A DNA stretch of 57,984 bases, counting the filler, from Sphacelaria rigidula (lineage: Eukaryota): NCBI GenBank assembly GCA_964200075.2. It is 4 parts of 4 records of this genome, joined end to end, with 100 filler letters (N's around TTAATTAATTAA, not from the genome) between each part and the next. Parts side by side here need not be neighbours in the genome. Positions count along the whole stretch, not along the records: positions 29,046 to 43,466 come from CAXNAA020002258.1; positions 43,567 to 57,984 come from CAXNAA020002259.1; 2 more parts are not named here. One strand, given 5' to 3'. A program made the translations under genes and the position numbers. Shown here in pieces: positions 37,801-50,855 of this stretch (its first letter is position 1; every line of letters starts with the position of its first letter). The notes below the pieces were generated by a model. The model saw nothing but the letters and a program-made list of their open reading frames with translations, searched no databases and had not been told where the DNA came from.

Positions 37801-40800
37801 ATGGGGGAGGGAGGGGGGGGGGGCGGGGTGGTATACACCGGACGATACGAGTAGGGATGTTCGGGAGATGGAATAGAGAGAAATGGCGATCGACGGAATC
37901 CCTGAGTGATTCAGTACGTAGCAATAGTGCCGAAGAGCAACGGCGTTCATATATGCTGATTATCCATGTTGACTGCAACAAGTTAACGCGCTCCTTGTTG
38001 TTCCAGGTTACACCATCTCCGAAAATTGGTGACAACTGCTGAGCCACGTACGTTGATTGATTGATCGTCACACGTAAACTGATCCCTGGGTACCGTAGTC
38101 AAACTGATCCAGCCGTATTGACGAGTTCGACGTAATGTACCTGCCTGAGATAAACGAAACGCTTACGCTCGTTGAACAAAACTAGAGTATTAACAAATCG
38201 AGAAAGGACCAAAAAATGTCAAGAAATAAAGGCAGAAAAATCAAACGTAGTAACTCGGAAGGGAAGAAGACTAGAAACAACACAAAGCAACAACACAACG
38301 AAAATAGGAGAAACGAGAAGAAAACATGACAAATATTCGACGAGGAAAACAAAAATAGGCGTTTGAACCAGGAAAACACGTTCACGCAGCGGATTTCTGC
38401 TTCATCCTGAATCATGACCAGCACCTACCCCAACGACTACAACCACTGGCGATTATCCAATACCGGAATTTCAGCACACGACCATCCTATGCCCACAGAA
38501 AATCTTCAAACCTCAGTACTCGGTGACCTAACGTTTCCATTAAAATTCGCCCAAAGTTGTCTTCAAAAGTGTCCAACCCAAATCCTATGTTATCAAGCTC
38601 GCGCTGACAACATTTGATGCTGACGTCGACAACGAAGCCACCGACTTAAGTTCGGCTTACTCGTATCCAACACTCAGTACAGCATTCACCCCACGACAAT
38701 TAGCGCAGAGATTTCGAGTTAAACAAGACGATCGATTCAAACTTACTGCCAAACGTGAAGCTTGCCCACCCACCATCAGACATAGCGATGTCTACGCCAA
38801 CTACAGTCAACACAGGGTACCACACTTGAGCTTTCGCGTTCTGAGAAACGAACAAGTCATGCTCAATCATGCTCCATCACCCAACCTCCTGTATAGCACT
38901 TCGTTCATGTCTAATCACGACGCAGCAGCCCATGTCAATTTCATTTTGAGTACGGCTGCGTGCTACCACCATCGCGGTACACGTTACACCTCGCTCATGT
39001 TCATCACCGTCGCATTGCAATCGCAGCTCACCCATGTTCATGGCGCTGACAAGCTGCTCTTCATACAAGGCCTGCTTGATCCTACAGCTCTCTCGCGCGT
39101 TGGCAATATCGCTGCGCGTGGCCACTAGCGAGATCCCACGCGACAGCAGGTGGCTTCGACAGCGGCTCAGCTCGGCTGCACTCCGCACCACAGAGAACAT
39201 GGGGCAAGAGGGGGACAAGGAATGAAAGACGAGTCAGCGGGGTTGGAGACGGGAACAGGACACACCGTACATTCTACAAAATAATTAAGAGGGTGTGCGA
39301 AACGTAAAAAGAATATCTGGAAGCGTTGTTCCCTGTTTCCACGTTCAAAGCAAAAATAACATGTCTCCGTGTTTCGACGTTTGAGCTACGTGTCTATCAT
39401 TACTGTTAACGATAGTTTACGAGTGGATCACAGGTTCGTAATACGGATGGCATGCCCAAATTCACAATACCGCCGCCGCACACACAAGCACAAACAAGTA
39501 CACATGAGTGTAATAATCTCCCCTCAGTGCGAATCAGAAACTACGCCGCGGTCACACGGACTGGGCATAAAAATATGCTTGTTTGGGGTTGAACACGCCC
39601 CTGCCTACACACTGCTGACGCGAGACGGGGCCATACACTCTACTGCGTAAGGGTCGCAGAACGAAAATAATCGGATACAACCCAAGAAGACAAATTAATT
39701 GCACAAACTTGCAGGTGTGTCTAGTGTTAGCCTTCGCCACCATGCCATCTTGTATCATGGAAATCATACAGAGGGACATCACTTGTTTCACGCCAATACC
39801 ACTACCGTTAGATGAGCATTAGCACGAGGCGACAAACCTGTGCGTCGAGCTAGCGCATCCCTCTCGGCACCCACTGCCGTCCGTCGCCGCTGAACCTTTT
39901 GGAGTTCATCAGTTAACCGGCGACACTCCCCCTTCGCATCGGGTGTCGACATCCAACCTGGCTGCCCTTCCACAGTTTCAGCAAACCAACCAACCTTGAA
40001 AACACACACACACACACACAGGGGGAAACGGGTGCTAACTTTCGTGTGTTTTATTGTCCTTCACATAGCGGTGGGGATGCAAACAGCAGTGTACTTTCGA
40101 CACCGTAACTATTCTGAGAAACACTTCATGCCGCTGACATAGAATCACCCAGATATCACACGGCTCGTACATCTCCAATCAACACATGAATACGCCCCGC
40201 CCTGCATGTTCATCACAATTCCCACTCGACCGCTGGAACATATCCAAACCTAACCGTCACACCGTTCCTTCTTCAACCTGCAGCCACTCATCCTGCTCCA
40301 CAGTGAGACGGCAGCACTCGAACTTGCGTCCTTAGCACCGAGCGCAAGCAAACCACGCGTTGCGGGTATACTCTATGCTTCCAAGACTTCTCAAGGTCGG
40401 CGGATCCACCAAACCTTCGGATGATGAAGTACAGCCTAAACGACACACCGAAAGCTTGCAGCAGAAGTGAAGAACCCATGCTCCGAGCCCCGCCAGGTCT
40501 ACCGTTGAATTGTACACTGTCAACATCGCCCAGACTCACCATTCGGCGCGAACCCGCGTTCGAGAAGAATTTACATGTCAGATGGGATACCTGTCGGACA
40601 ACTGGAGGCCACTCGAAAAATAACACTGTAAAAAAACAAATATAACGTGGCCAACACGAACGAATGGTGACGTTGGTCACGTACGTCATGGAGCATAAAA
40701 CGCACCTTCGAAAACCTGTTGGCGGACGACGCGGATCGTGACATCAGCATCACGTCAGAAAAGCTGGACACCCCGCTTGGCTCCTGCCCTCCACCTTCGT

Positions 40801-41341
40801 AGTCACTCACATCGAGAGGGCTAGTCGCCTCGGACGACAGCTCTGTTGAGCCTTCCCTAGATATAGCCATTCTTTCCTCATGCCCCTCTCCATGCCCCTC
40901 CAAAAGCGTGCGTGTGACAGAGGCGCGGAGAGTGCTATCCGACAGCGCTGCCGTGCTCGTTAGTGAAGAACGGTTTTGTCCTACAGGTGGTGATGTTATG
41001 GCACTGCTTGAATAGTCATGTTCCAGAGCCGGCGTGCCATGAGCGTCTCGCGGTGGCGTCATGAGGTATGCCATGGCTTCCTTGTACATTTCGGCCTGCT
41101 CGCCATGGGTGCAGCAACGAATCAGGGCGATACGACGATAAGGAGTGACGCCACTGACCCGGACCCGATGGTTCTGGGAGCTCTCAATGAGCAACCAAAG
41201 GCGAACAATTTGAAAGTCAGCGGCTGTGCTGCGCAAGACAGAGTACTGACCAATGGGCATGTTTATTGGTTAGGTCGACATCGGCACGGACACTGGAGAT
41301 GGTTTCTACAGCGTTTCGATCCCCATGCACTTCAGTCCAGC
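34691..41341 (-). CDS. ATG6: Autophagy protein ATG6 / Beclin-1 (Vps30) homolog, multi-exon, 5' end not located
   Basis: Exons 41095-40706, 39994-39838, 39175-38990, 37559-37413, 35570-35391 and 34890-34691 are phase-consistent, plus a probable exon near 41341-41246. BARA-domain motifs: [91 protein letters not shown]. Coiled-coil-like exons lie upstream. Confidence 0.9.
35391..35570 (-). CDS. ATG6: ATG6 exon (AMAMGVEFSKY...KAFLHCL)
   Basis: cag acceptor, GTGAA donor, 180 nt, phase 1-1. Confidence 0.88.
37413..37559 (-). CDS. ATG6: ATG6 exon ([10 protein letters not shown]...AALVLVT)
   Basis: cag acceptor, GTGAG donor, 147 nt, carries the most conserved Beclin motif. Confidence 0.92.
38990..39175 (-). 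CDS. ATG6: ATG6 coiled-coil exon
   Basis: cag acceptor, GTGTA donor, 186 nt, phase 1-1. Confidence 0.65.
39838..39994 (-). CDS. ATG6: ATG6 coiled-coil exon (ECRRLTDELQKVQRRR)
   Basis: aag acceptor, GTTTG donor, 157 nt, phase 0-1. Confidence 0.65.
40706..41095 (-). CDS. ATG6: ATG6 exon (AEMYKEAMAYL followed by a Ser-rich stretch)
   Basis: cag acceptor, GTGCG donor, 390 nt open frame; the start resembles the Beclin helix before the coiled coil. Confidence 0.55.
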
Positions 41342-43573
41342 TATAGAACTCACGACGGACATGCTTGACTCCACCACAAGCTAGCCCAATTTCTTGACGA
41401 TTATTCACGGCCTAATAAACGGCAGTGTTTCAGTCTGATCGAGGTGAAAGGGCCCATCGCAGAGTGAGCGCAGACGGCAAATGTGTCTCCTAGAGTGAAA
41501 CACATGACTCGAACGGGCTACCCGTGCACGGCCAAAGCATGGAGCGCACGCCTCCGGGATCTCGGTGCCAAAGAATTCCTACAAAAGATACTAGCGAATC
41601 AACGGTCACTGATGAGATACGGACGATTACATCAACCAGTTGTGGGACGGATCAACATGTAACAGCTGCAGAATATCCGTTCGAAGTACTGAAGAGCAGA
41701 GAGATACACGCATGTTGTCCCTGAATTGGGATACCGTACAGCCATTGCACGACCACTACGTGTGCAAACTCGCATCTGTTGTCAAGTGTGGCTCGGAGGT
41801 ACGAATGGTGTTCAGACGATGCCACGGTCAGACTTTCGAACCCCGTGCATACTTCTTGCCGCAGCGCCCCGGTGGTATAATGGCACAGCTGACACCGTTA
41901 AGACCATTAAGACGGGAACAACGCAGATTCGATCCCGCCAATTGGGTCAACTTCGCCTTTTTTTTCTCAAAGTACTGATGATATTGTCTGACTCCCGTCG
42001 TTGAAAGCGTGTAGACGTACGTGAGAAGCAAACAAAGGATGTTTGGCTGGGTTTGTTAGACGGCGGCCGACTCGGCGCGGGAGTGCTGATAGTCATGATC
42101 CAATCCGCTAGACCAAAATGCAAGGCGTGTACTGGTGGAGTGATGAGTTGGTCCCTTGAGAGCATTAGAGCACGGACTCCCGAGGAGGGGGGGATTTACA
42201 GGTGAGAAGAAAGAAAGAATAAAGTCCTGTACGAGCGGATAGACAACACTGGCAGGCACCCAAATAGTTATTACAATACAGTAACTGCTCTCCCAGGGAT
42301 CCAGCCGTGATCACATGATCGTGGACGAGTGAACGTACCCGAGACAAGACCAACACTGAAACACTCGCTCAAGAAAGGTGAAAAAAAAACCCAGAAAAGG
42401 TAGAGCAGACCAACAGAGTAGACGAAGACAGAAATGAAAATAAAAAGAGAAACTGCCGGCCTCTGCCACATGGCTTCGGTTGCTCGCCCGATATCGCACT
42501 GACGCCACTACAGGTATAGCCTCATCATGCCGTGGACCATGGCTACCTTTAAATGTGTCAGGCGTCAAGCGGAAGTAATGTAGATGGCGGGGCATGCCTT
42601 CAAGTGTTGAGCACACGTGCCCAACGGCTGCGCATGACAACCATGTGACAAAACACAGACTGTTCTATTATTGGCATGTGATCGTTTGCACCGTGATTTC
42701 TAGCTGAAACAGCCAAGAGTATCGAGTATAAGCCTTCCCGTCGGGCGCGAAGAATAATAAAAAAATCGACGCAGCCATTTAGGAGCAGAAACGATGTGGA
42801 CTTATGACAGAGGGGGTTGCCGTCTCGACGCTTTTTCTCGCAGTCCATTTTTGTAGGACAGCCCCTTAGCATGGCTCTTGTGGCATGATTGCTGGGATAC
42901 TGCTTCAAAAGAGACATGGGCGTCTTCGTGTACAGTATCCCGCAAGCTTGCTGAAGCAGGTGGGGAGGGTGTTCATGCCTGCTGACTACATGCTGAAAAT
43001 CACTTGATATATACTGTATACTATAGGCTTACGAATGGGCGATGAGAAACCCGACCCCAGTTTTCTCAAAGTGTGGCAACCACACGGACGAGAAACGTAT
43101 CGAGATATCAGATGGAGATCTTTCGGCCAGCGGGAGTTCCGGTGATGACTGATGTCGCCACAACCTCCCCAAGGAATGTGGTTGGTTTGGGGAGGCAAAA
43201 TCTACATGGGAATCAAACCGAGAAAAACCGAGCACACCGAGCAGCTGGGAACTCCCACGCTCGGGATCATTTTCGTCCATGTCGCCCATATGAGGCGCCT
43301 CATGCAGTGTGAAACCAGCGATCATGCGCTGTTTGGCCATTTTCTTCGTGGACTTTTTGGGGCTGGTTTCGGGTGCACTCGTCCTGCTTTAGGGGGGGGG
43401 GGGGGGGGGTGTTGTGTTGTTGGTTTTGTTTTTTTCGATGTTTAAAAACTCGCTGCCCTTAAAAAGNNNNNNNNNNNNNNNNNNNNNNNNNNNNNNNNNN
43501 NNNNNNNNNNTTAATTAATTAANNNNNNNNNNNNNNNNNNNNNNNNNNNNNNNNNNNNNNNNNNNNAAAATCC

Positions 43574-43650
43574 CAGATCGCTCCGAGAATCAAACCCCAC
43601 ATGTCAACCACCAGAAGGTTAGGAGGTTACCAACTGAGCCACCGGGGCGA
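43574..43650 (-). mobile_element. tRNA-derived SINE head
   Basis: GCCCCGGTGGCTCAGTTGG (A box 43630-43641) and GGTTTGATTCT (B box about 43586-43596); no intact cloverleaf. Confidence 0.65.
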
Positions 43651-46600
43651 CCGGACAAACTAGTGCAACTTCTAAACGTTGAGGATCGTCAGAGAGTGTA
43701 CGACCAACGCTACCGTTGTATCGTAGGTGGTAAGCGGCTCCGGTTGCTTGAGTATTCTTTTGGTAGGCCAGGGCGCCGTGGAATGTACCAAAGTGTTCAA
43801 GGTTGAATTATCCACGAGGCGTGGAATGTGGCGATGGTGGTGAAAGCGTGCGGTAGGTTCGATTAACCGCATATAGCTATCTCTGCCCAATAATATGGCG
43901 TGGTGCATTGTGCTATCGGGGACAATGTATGCCCAGACGGCCAGGCTGGCAGAACGAGTGATGTTGTGAAAGAGGTGCACACTGAGACGTACGGATTTTC
44001 GTGTCGTCAGGTGCGGCAGGATCACCGAAACCGCCCCATACTCGAGGTCGGGTGGTGGTTTCGCAAGCTGCAGTAGCAGCGCCAGTCTCTTTCATGTGTT
44101 TTCATGTTGATTCTCGAATAAATGTTCGCGGGCTGCCGCTGTCCAAGAAGGATACGCGTTTCACAGGCGTGATAGAGTTTGGACCAGAGTGGATCGCAAC
44201 GCGTGTAGTAAAAGTGGCCGGATCCACAGACACTTTACCGCCGACGAGATCCGGACCGTGCTCCGGCAAGGTGAATTGGTCAGGATCAGCGGGGCTGACA
44301 GTAAAGACGAACGGCGGGTGATCCGCCGGTGGGTCAAATTCCTCACCAGTCAAGGGGGTGGACGGTCTATTATTTCCAGGTGTGGCACGGTCAGAGTGAC
44401 TATTAGCGATTTCGTAAATTATCGTCTTTGGTTGACAGGGATCACCGTCCAAGTGCGGGGCTGGAGTCGTCGATTGAAAAAGTAGTGACGTCAGAAATAT
44501 TCTATTTTGTTTCTTCCGTAATACTTGATAGAGCCGTCGAACTCACAGTCGTCGCATTTTGAAGAGATTGAGGTCGAGGATTTTCGCTCGAAAGAGGTGT
44601 ACGTGATGATGCGCGCGCGTCCTTGGGGACATGCTTACGGGGCTTTTTCTTTCGCCGTAAGATGATCGGGGAACTTCCTCAACATTTTGAGATGATCCCA
44701 CAACTGCGTCCAGTCGGGTAGATGGGGTCAGCATCGGGGCATGATCGAGGGAAACTTGTTGGCTGCTGTCCGTAGGCAAGCTTGGCTGGGAGGTCAAAGC
44801 CGAAGATATTTTGGGGCGGTTGTTATTAGAACCGGCCAAAGGTAGTTCCGCGCGTTTTGAAATTCGCGGGGAAGGAGCTCGATCCAACTGGATGGGAATT
44901 ACATGATCCGATGTGGTCAATTTCAAATCAGCAATACTTGGGTCAGCTGAAAAAGGCTTGCTAGTACCTGTGCGTGCGGTCGCTGAGGGAAGCCTTTGCC
45001 TCAGGGGCTAGCGGTTGGTCCTCCCACACCTCAGACTAATACTCGGCACTGAAGGACCAAGTTTCGGGCCGGATGTAGGTCTGAGTCGCAGGGTGACACA
45101 ACTGTTACGCGGTGTGTGGAGGGGTGAAGACGCTGGTCGGTATGAGCGGCTGTCAGGTGCGCTCCTGTATAGTGCCGGGGGAGCCGGGCGAACAATTTTT
45201 GTCGCGGGCTCTGCGGGCTGTGTTGAAAAGTGTGTGGAGGTTGGAGACGGGGGTCGATATGAACGGCCGTCTGTTGCACTCCTGGATAATGCCGCGGGAG
45301 TCGGGTGAACAATCTTAGTCACGGGCTCCGCGGGCTGTGTTGAAAAACGTTTCGCTAGTACTATCGGCGGCGCGGAAGACCTTGGAACGCCGGCGTCGGC
45401 ACCTCATGGATCTATGCGATCCGTAGTGAAGGTTGCAGGGTTTCTGGTGTTGGGGTTTGAGTTTTGTGTCGGTCCCGTTTGCTGGTGCCTATCAGCGGAT
45501 CGTTTCTTGTCCCGAGAATTTCGATCGTTTTGGCGAGGGCTTGTATTATTGTTGTTTTGTCGGTGGCCGCGAATCAAGCTTTTATTGCCTCGTTGATTCG
45601 AATTGTTGCGATAATTTCGACTTGGAGGGCGACAGTCGCGCATGTGTTTTTGCCATCGGCGCCACGTGGGTTCATTCAGGATTCATGAGGTTGGAGGCAT
45701 TGATGCATGGACTATCGCAGTCGCGAATACTGTGACCTTGAACACTACAGTTGATGCAACTGTTGGCATGACTGCTGAAGGCGTTGCGTCTAGCAGGAGA
45801 CGAAAGAAGTGGGTTCCACAAATGGGGGTCATCTGTAATGAATGCCGTTGTTGAAGTCGAATAAACATCATCCCGAGTTTTCTCGGAGAACGGCCAACGA
45901 TCAAAACTCGCACTAAATGTATGTCTATTACTCTGAACATGCATAACTGAACGGGTGACCGAGTCGGGGGTCCATGAAGTGCGAGATGGACTCGAACTCC
46001 TGACGCGAGACCCTTGGGCATTAGCGGAGGACACAACCGTGGGTTGTAAACGCAGAGGCGTGGAAGTTTTGCCAAGTATGGCGGGCGTTAGCTTACCCGC
46101 TTGGTGTACAAAAGCAGACCACATAGCATCAACTGAGGCGTAAGGCATCTCGCGATGCGCCAAGACACCCGGAAACAACAACGGCACCAGAGCCGGATAC
46201 TGCGGAGCAACGCTATTACGAACATAAGTCTGACACATTCTTCGCTCGGACCGTTTTGGCGTCCGACATCCGTACACGCGTGGCAATTGGGGTGCCTGCA
46301 ACCTCAAATTCGGACGTTACAGACCTTGTGCAACGACTCCTTTTCAAATCAAAGAGCATTATCGGGCCCGTCTTCCCCTTGGAACGATCTGGATCCATCT
46401 CGGCGAGGAAGCTGTCGATGATCTGCGTTAAAGAAGTAGCAGTGTCGGGAGAGCGGCGGCTGATGGACCTATGCAATGCTTCATGCAATGAGTGTCTGTC
46501 AGCCCTATACCCAATTGGAATCTTCAAAACGTTGGACGCCCGTTGCATCCGCCGAGTGAAGGATATTGCAAACGGTAGGGCGAATGGATGTGATGAGGTC

Positions 46601-48425
46601 AAAAGTAAACTGTCCCGAATCTTCGTTACCCGCAGCAGATATGTTTTTGATATGCATAGACTTTTCCACGTCTATTTGGATATACTGTCTCTGTATTGCC
46701 GCTACTCGAGAAGGCTCGACTTTATCAGAATCTGCGTTTATACTAGCTTCGGAACGTTATTTGCCAGCCGCAGCGGTTGCTAAGGCACGGGCTGCAGTAC
46801 ATGACAGTGGACGGTCTGGTGTACTCGTATCAGATAAACCCAAAATGCGACCCGAAACATCGGCCAACTTAGGTATCACTTGCCTTGGTGTCACCGAACC
46901 CGGAGAGGGCAGGTCTGCGTTAGACCGGTGTCAGCCTGTCGCGGAAGATCCGGAATAATTGCCTCCGGTTTTCTTCCGGGTCGGGCCGCGGTTATTGTGG
47001 ACCGGGCGGTTTGGTCCGGAACCACTCGACGAGAATCCTCCACCACCATGGCGGCGGCGTGAGCCTCCTCCATCGTTGTTGTCGTCATCCCGCCAGTGAT
47101 TCCTCTTTTTTCCCCTGCAGTTGGCACTCGTAAGAGTCCAACCATCGTCATCCTGGCCATCGTCGGCGATTGCGGCGTTGGGATCAGAGTGGTAAGCGTC
47201 ATGAAGCGCCGCAATAAGATCGGTGACAGTTTCCACGTGTCTGGGTTGATCAGGGCCGACGCCAATGGTCATATGCAATACCAGTTGGCACAGGGTGAGG
47301 GACGTCATGCCCTTCATAGGGAAGATGCCGCCCTGGTCCACATAGAAGCCAACAGCGCGGTGTAGATGTTGGAACACCAAGTTCCAAGCCTGGCGGAAAC
47401 AGTGGAGGTGATTGGGGTGGTGGAACGGGCCGGTATATTCGGCTGCAGAACGAGTGAGCCACCTGCGTTCGTTCTTCGTGAGTTGCAGGCCTTGTGTCGG
47501 CCCGGTATTGGCTGTCGAGATAACTGTTGGAAGCGGGGGTGCTGGGGCCGTCTTGATGACAGCGGTGGCCGCAGCGTAAGACTGTTGGTCGGACTTCCGA
47601 GGAATAGCGGAAGTCGACTGGGCGGTCTTAGATTGGGCCGTGTGGCTCAAAGGCGGGTGAGGAGGGCGGCCACTGAGCAAGTTACCGGCGGACGGAGGGA
47701 AGGCCTGATGGTTTGTGAGGCGGGCCACCGACGTAGCAGCGTCGTGGGCGGTCCGTCTGATATGGTTCTCCAGATCTTGTACACGTCTCTGGGCCGCCAT
47801 GGCGGCAGTGCGACCTTCATGGAGGGTGTCTTGAGCGACCGTGTTTGATGTTTGAGCATGTGCGGCCCGGCCCGCCTCTGGAGATCATTTTGCATTTCAG
47901 CATGTTCCTCCGCGAGGAGGCGTGCAGCGGCGGCGTCAGCCTCGCGTTGCTGAGCCAGGATATCCTTGGCTAAAGCTGGCGCTTCCCAGGCATAATCCTC
48001 GATCAGCGCCAGTTGTTCCGCGCGGGAACGGTTCCTGAATAGCCTCAAGAGGAGTCCGGTGGGACAGTGCTCGTCACCGAGCAGAGGGAGGGCCTCCACA
48101 GACGGAGTCGGGGGCACGGGGGCATCCGTGACAGGATCCGTGATGGGCTCACTAACGGCGTTGGCGTCGACCGCAGACGGGGCGGCAGATGTGGTGGGAG
48201 CCGGGGTGGCGGTGGTAGCTGTGGCGGTAGGCGTAGCAGTCGTGGCAGTGATAGCGGCAGCAGCGGCGGCGGTTACTCCCTCGTTCTCCATTTTTGTCTT
48301 GGTGAGTGCTCGCTTGAGATCTGTCAGTTGTTGTTGGAGGGAGCGAATAATCGCAGCATCTGAGCGGTACGGGGGGTCGCGGTCATTGCTGGGTCGTCGG
48401 TTGTGCGATGAATTACGGTTGGAAA

Positions 48426-48866
48426 CACGGGATCTTACAAATTGGGAATGGGTCATTTATTGGGGATGAGAAACCTGGAGGATAAATATCTTCGTATCCG
48501 CACCAAATATTCGAAATACGGTTCCATTTTTTCACCTACTGATAGCTGTTGACAACTGCTACATGCCATAGAAATTTGGATGTCGAACACCGAAAGGTTG
48601 GGATCCTAGGTGAAAAAACAGTTTTGTAGAATTCCGGGTGTCCGAGCGGACGCCAAAATGGTTCCGCAATGATTTTTTTCATCTAGGACCCCAACATTTC
48701 GGTGATCGAAATCCAAATTCCTATGGCGTGTAGCACTTGTCAATTTCTATCAGTAGGTGAAGAAATGGAACCATATTTCGAATATTTGGTGCGGATACGA
48801 AGATTTTAATCCTCCGGATTTCTCATCCCCAATAAATGATCCATCCCCAATTTGTAAGATCCCGTG
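48426..48866. mobile_element. 441-bp palindromic MITE inserted in the gag-like region
   Basis: CACGGGATCTTACAAATTGGG...CCCAATTTGTAAGATCCCGTG with ~200-bp inverted arms; AT-rich island within GC-rich gag. Confidence 0.88.
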
Positions 48867-50306
48867 TTTGGATCCCTCTGTTGAGGATTCGAGAGCCGGT
48901 GACATGTCCGAAAATATACTATGGATGTCGGCAGCATGTACGGTATTACCATTGCGTAAATGACAGCGGCGTGATCGAGGCGAAGCAGGAGGGGTGCGCG
49001 CGGTTGCATGATCGGCGTTGTTGGAGCGCCATCGGGCGCGCGATGAACTCGATATGTGCCGCGAACTATCCTCATGAGAGTACGGTCACGGTCGGCATTC
49101 ATCTGGCGGGTGGGAGCGCGCGATGAATTGGAACTGTGCCGCGAACTACGTTCGTATGTGCGGCTACGATCGGCATTCTTCGGGCGTGTGAGAACGCGCG
49201 ATGAATTTATGCTGTGCCATAAGTTGTCCTTGAGAATGCCAGCACGATTGACGTGGTCGTGACCGACTGTCGGTGTGCAGCGCCGTCGAGACGCGCGAGC
49301 TTTGGTGCGAAGTCGAGGAGGGGCTGGAATCGTGTTCGTTGAGACTATCAAGAGAGACGAACGGAGAACGTGGTGTTGCCGATCGGGGCGCCAAACGTAC
49401 GGGTTTGGGCGCAGCAGGTGCAGAGTCATCACTGAATTGCACGTGAGCGGAGACCGATTGGTCTTGGAACGCGGCGTGACAAGAAGCCGTAAATGCCTCG
49501 ATTAGAGCTGGGACTGGCGTGTCCGCTGACACCGAAGAAGGGCGAGGTAGATTCTGTAGGGCAGAATGCATGGCCGCGACCGCTGGTCCGACACTGGACA
49601 GCGAAGCAGGGCGCATTGGACTGCCGAGAGTCGTGGGATTGGGGTTCGTAATGGAAGCAACCCGCGTGACAGTATCTCTTGCTCCAGAAGCGATACGCTT
49701 CGTTGGGCTGAGTCGTCTCGAGATTTATCAACCGGCGTTCGACGGGGTGCCACGGTTGAAGCAACCGTCACAGGGCCATGCTGGACACGTGTGTCCAGGG
49801 GCAACGACTCGGCTGGGGGCACATTCCTCTCTTTGAATCCCAAATCGGGATCCGGGAGAACAGGCCGCAGCGAGGGGGGTGCTACGGAATCGACCGTTAT
49901 GGGTTAACTGACATGTCTGTCAGGAGTCAATGACTCAGCCGGTGGTACAGTCCTGTTCTCTGAGTCCGAATCGGTACTGGAGAGAACAGGTCGCGGCGTC
50001 ATAGTCTTCTCTTCAAGCCCCGAAGGGCGACCAGCGCTCGAAAGTTGGTCTTCAAATCCGAAAGATCGAGTAGCGCTCGCGTACGTTCGTCGAGTAGGTG
50101 ACGCGTTACTCATATCAAAAGATTTCGAACTGCCAGTAGTTTGTCTCCGTGTCCGGCGAAGCGGTCGGTTTTCCAATTGAGGGGAAGAGTGGGCGTTATT
50201 TCTGTGAGATATGAACCTAGTCGTACGAAACTTGTGTGCTTAGAAAAGTAGGAGCAGTGTGTGTGTGGTCGTCGGGCTCGAATCAAGGGAGCGTGACACC
50301 AAGAAA

Positions 50307-50440
50307 TGCCAGGTACAACGGCCGAAGCTTATATCCAGAAATACGGGAATATGAAGCCTAACAGCGCCTGGAGAGACCCTCGTTTGGAACCGAATGAACC
50401 CGAGTATTGTTTGCCAAGCTACTTGCTGTATGTCACAACA
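50307..50440 (-). repeat. Putative 5' LTR of the gypsy-like element
   Basis: TG...CA ends, followed five nt later by a TGG-initiated PBS-like sequence. Confidence 0.5.
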
Positions 50441-50695
50441 ATGTCGGAGGTCTGGTTCCAATACAACTATCGAAATTGTGACGGTAATAGCTAGTAACGG
50501 GAGTTTGGGATCGCGCACAGAACAGACGCAAGGCGTCGAAAAATGCGCAAATCCATTAGATTCGAAAGCGGCGTTGGTACCTGGAAGTAGTGCAACTTAC
50601 ACGTTTTTACGGAGGTGTCGACATCAGGGGCAGATCACGACTGTATTACCCCGACCTAAGCTGGGAAATAACTAGCGGTACTCAGAAAAAAAATC

Positions 50696-50855
50696 AAATG
50701 GGCACTGTAGGGTCGTGCGGCGTAGGGCAGCACAAACTTTTCAACAAAAGCCTGAAATGGGTACCGTACGATCGTGCGGCGTAGGGCGGCACGAAAGCTT
50801 TGGCAAAAGCTTGAAATGGATACCGTAGGGCCGTGCGGCGTAGTGCAGCACGAAG
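50696..50855. repeat. 59-bp tandem repeat, about 2.7 copies
   Basis: AAATGG...CGTGCGGCGTAG units start at 50696, 50755 and 50814. Confidence 0.9.

Larger units (their letters stand above)
43672..50440 (-). mobile_element. Degenerate Ty3/gypsy-like LTR retrotransposon, 5' half: LTR, PBS, long gag and aspartic protease
   Basis: Candidate LTR TGTTGTG...GGCA (50440-50307), PBS-like TGGTGTCACG (50301-50292), CCHC knuckle CINCSVQGHSIRDC (about 45717-45758), protease FLDSGS (about 44140) and AILLGRD (about 43885). RT is not in this contig, so the superfamily is inferred. Confidence 0.78.

Noticed and set aside
43574-43650. Functional tRNA gene
   Set aside because: A and B boxes are present but the anticodon and acceptor stems do not form; better explained as a SINE head.
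50696-50855. CRISPR-like array
   Set aside because: Whole units are similar with no unique spacers, the context is eukaryotic, and there are no cas genes.
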